Part shown: one piece after another, positions 61,201 to 64,000 of the stretch | How positions within the stretch are numbered: position 1 is the first letter of the stretch | Layout of the letters: each line of letters begins with the position of its first letter | Assembly: GCA_030141605.1 (NCBI GenBank) | Contig: JAQGDQ010000176.1 | Location: 310,001 to 374,000, forward strand | From: Tubiluchus corallicola | Taxonomy: Eukaryota; Animalia; Priapulida | DNA: 64,000 nt | Direction: 5' to 3' | The notes under the pieces: generated by a model | What the model saw: the letters and a program-made list of their open reading frames with translations, nothing else | Told to the model about the DNA's origin: nothing | Database searches by the model: none | Program-made: the position numbers and the translations under genes

Positions 61201-64000
61201 ATCACATATCTGTATTTCTCTACAGAATATGATTTTTTCGCGTATGTTGGGGCTAATGGGTAAACCTACTTCTGATATACTGATATGATTTGCTGTGTTA
61301 TTGCCTTTAGCGCATTTACATTGATGGTGCTCACAAAATTTTTTATTGATGTTGAAGAAGCTATCTATATTTAACATTAAAGTAAGAGTGGCCTGAGGCA
61401 TGATGCCTATTTTAGCTCACATTTCTTATTTTCTTTAATGTATAAATTTGGTTTCCAGGTTGAGCCAGAAGTTACAATTGTTTATGAAAAGAATATTACA
61501 ATCAAGAAGGAAATTGAGGTACAAAAGTGCTTTGTATGAAAATTGCTTTGTGTTTTTGCATATATCACAATTATCGTGTTAAGTTTATACTATTATAACT
61601 TACGTATCTAGTAACCGTAAATAGAATTTCACTTTCTTTAGGAATCTTCAACAGAACATAGAGGAGCAGACGCAGTCCATCAGTGTATAGTGTGCAAGCA
61701 GGTGAATAATTTACCTCTTTTTTGGTACATATTTCTTTTAAGTGAATTATTGTTGGGAGACTCGTAAAATTTTGAATTAGATTCGTCATTTATAGTATCC
61801 TTTTTTTAATGTGGTGTATTGTATACTCTTTTTCAGTCAAAAAAGTGTAAATATAATATAGTGCGAAATGGTGGTACGCAACATTTGTGCGCTGAAGACT
61901 GTTTTAAGAAATTTAGGAGCAATGCATCACTTTATCTCAATCCTCAGCAGCCTCAGAAGTAGGTTATTTATGAGTATATAAAATGCACATTAAAATTTAT
62001 GAAAACCGGCTTTTTCCTATGCTAATTTTCTTGACAATATTTGTATATTGCCTGCTAGTTATTAAGGTCAATAACACGATCAGGTTGCCTCATGCTTGCA
62101 GGAGGAATTACAGTTATTAGAATGTTGTGTATTTTGTAATCACCAATCATGATTAGGTTATTCAGCTGCCAGTTTTTATATTTACCAGGAAAGTTGTTGC
62201 TTTCTGCTGCAAGTGTATTTTGCATATCCAAGCACAATAAGTGAAAATATTACAGTTTGAAAAGCTTCATCAGTAAAAATAGAAAGCGGGAATATAAATA
62301 AGTTATTAAATTATGATATGGGCTTATATAATGTTAATGAATTCAGGTTGAATACATAAGTAGCACAAATTGTTATATTATGCAGTAATCCGTGTTTTTT
62401 GTGTTTAGCTTTAAGTGTACTGTATGCATGAAGTCATTTCAATCTTCTTCACCTATATATGAAGGAGAAAAAGTAGTTTGTTCTCAGGCATGTCAAGGAG
62501 TAATTCACAGAGCCCAGGCTCAGGTATGCAATACTTTTACTGGAACTTATGATTTGTTAACAATGTTTTAGTTCACAAGAAAATGAAGAAATGTGATGTG
62601 TTTCTAGTTGCTAGCTTGAAGAAGCTTTTATCCCTGCAAAAAATGTAATTACTACAACATGAATGTAACGTGATACATTTGATGCAATAAGTCATTTTTG
62701 GTGTAATGATTCATTACAATGGTAGCAAATATTTTTGATTTTTGTGCTGTTGTTGTTCAGTTTAACATACTGCAGGAAAGCAATATTCTCGAAATGCACA
62801 TAATTTTAAGAAATTGCTGTGCCAAACTATAATTTTATGTTAGTGTTGTTAATAGTTGCTAGTATTTTCGTAAAGTGAATACTAATGTTGTATTGAACAA
62901 AAAATTACTAAACTTAAAATTCTGAATTTTAAATGTGCTAAGTTACTGAAGTAGGTACAAATACCAAAAATCATTTTACCGTGTATTTGTTTTATATTCT
63001 GTGTAAAGGCAATGATGCGAACCTGTTCTCAATGCAAGAAAGCAGTACAATCAGGAACAGACAAGCAAATCCTGACTTGGGAGAGCATGGACTTCTGTAG
63101 TGAACACTGCCTGGGTCGATTTCAAAATTCGATGCAAACAAGCTGCTCCTACTGCTATACAGAAATCTCTCGGTCACAGCATGCTAAGAATGTGTTAAAG
63201 GTATAATTTCCATTGCGGTATGTGCATTTAGAAAAATAATTACGTAAGCAGTTGCTTTTTTCGGATTAAATCTTTCTCAAAATTTAAACTACGTAAGCTG
63301 CTATTTTCAGATTATCCTGTTTTTTTCCAGGGTAGTGTACAATTGTGTTTTTTCTAGATACTTCTGTACACAATATAGTATTTGTAACGTTTGAAGGATT
63401 TGAAATGTTTGCAGTTTAGAGTATGCAACAAAGATTGATGCATTAACGCGGAGAGTTTTTCTAACAATATGCTATATCGCTGCCTATGTTCTCATCATTT
63501 TAAAAAAGAAAAATTCTTGATATTTAGACTGTTGTGTGACTGTATGTTATCAGAACTGCATTGTGATCTTTCGAGCAGAGTACCTTGTTGATTCACCATT
63601 CAAAGAAGGTTCTAAGCAACGCAGGTGAAATAAAAAGAACAAATGTAGTAACTAGGATTCTCAGGCAGGCTTTTAACTGTCTGTTACATTTAGTGGACAA
63701 AACCTTTGTATGCTGGTGACACCAACATCCCCTACTAGTCTACATTTCTTGTTGATGTAAGCTAGTTGCAGTGTGTTCTACAAGCTTGTTCTTATTTTAT
63801 TTTGAAATAAAATAAACTGAACTAAACTATTCATTGAATTGTTTCTTTCACTTAACATATTTTGTTTATTTTAGGTTGGAGATGAATTGAATCATTTCTG
63901 CGGTTATAATTGTTTGAAGGAATACAAGAACAGATTAAAGCTATGCAGCTATTGTCAAAAAGATGTTTCTAAGCTTAACGATGCTTTTAATGCTCCAGTT
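58222..64000 (+). CDS. MYM-type (FCS/TRASH) zinc-finger protein, ZMYM2/3/4/woc-like; 5' part, continues beyond the window
   Basis: Phase-consistent exons: 58222-58345, 59111-60098, 61020-61077, 61459-61518, 61642-61701, 61837-61958, 62409-62523, 63009-63200, 63875->64000. A long acidic disordered N-terminus is followed by repeated CxxC...(F)CSxxC fingers (CIVC...LCAEDC; CTVC...VCSQAC; CSQC...FCSEHC; CSYC...FCGYNC; CSYC). Confidence 0.88.
58375..58608. mobile_element. hAT-Charlie-like MITE in ZMYM coding intron 1
   Basis: TIRs cagcggttcccaaa and tttgggaaccactt. Exact 8-bp TSD ATCTAATT at 58367-58374 and 58609-58616. Confidence 0.88.

Overview
AT-rich, intron-rich animal (invertebrate-like) genomic DNA. 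Exons were reconstructed by hand from splice sites and reading-frame phases. Five protein-coding loci: (1) a complete 20-exon DDX10/DBP4 DEAD-box helicase (+, 3564-25730) with one GC-AG intron; (2) a 3-exon secreted C-type lectin (-, 6654-10769) nested antisense inside DDX10 intron 4; (3) a paralogous lectin (-, 25894-31625), tail-to-tail with DDX10 and frameshifted in its last exon, whose first coding intron holds a Tigger-like MITE split by a DIRS1-like tyrosine-recombinase retrotransposon; (4) a DBHS-family (NONO/SFPQ/PSPC1/nonA-like) RNA-binding gene (-, 40605-55301) with candidate alternative C-terminal exons; (5) a ZMYM/woc-like MYM zinc-finger gene (+, 58222 to beyond the window), head-to-head with the DBHS gene as in the vertebrate NONO-ZMYM3, SFPQ-ZMYM4 and PSPC1-ZMYM2 pairs. 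Also present: a gypsy remnant, a CR1-type LINE remnant, a tRNA-SINE head, four hAT MITEs with 8-bp TSDs and several tandem repeats. Most notable: the DBHS-ZMYM divergent pair, the lectins interleaved with DDX10, orphan minus-strand exons that could link the DBHS transcript to lectin B, and a readable AATTC recombination core at the DIRS insertion. No database searches or expression data were available.
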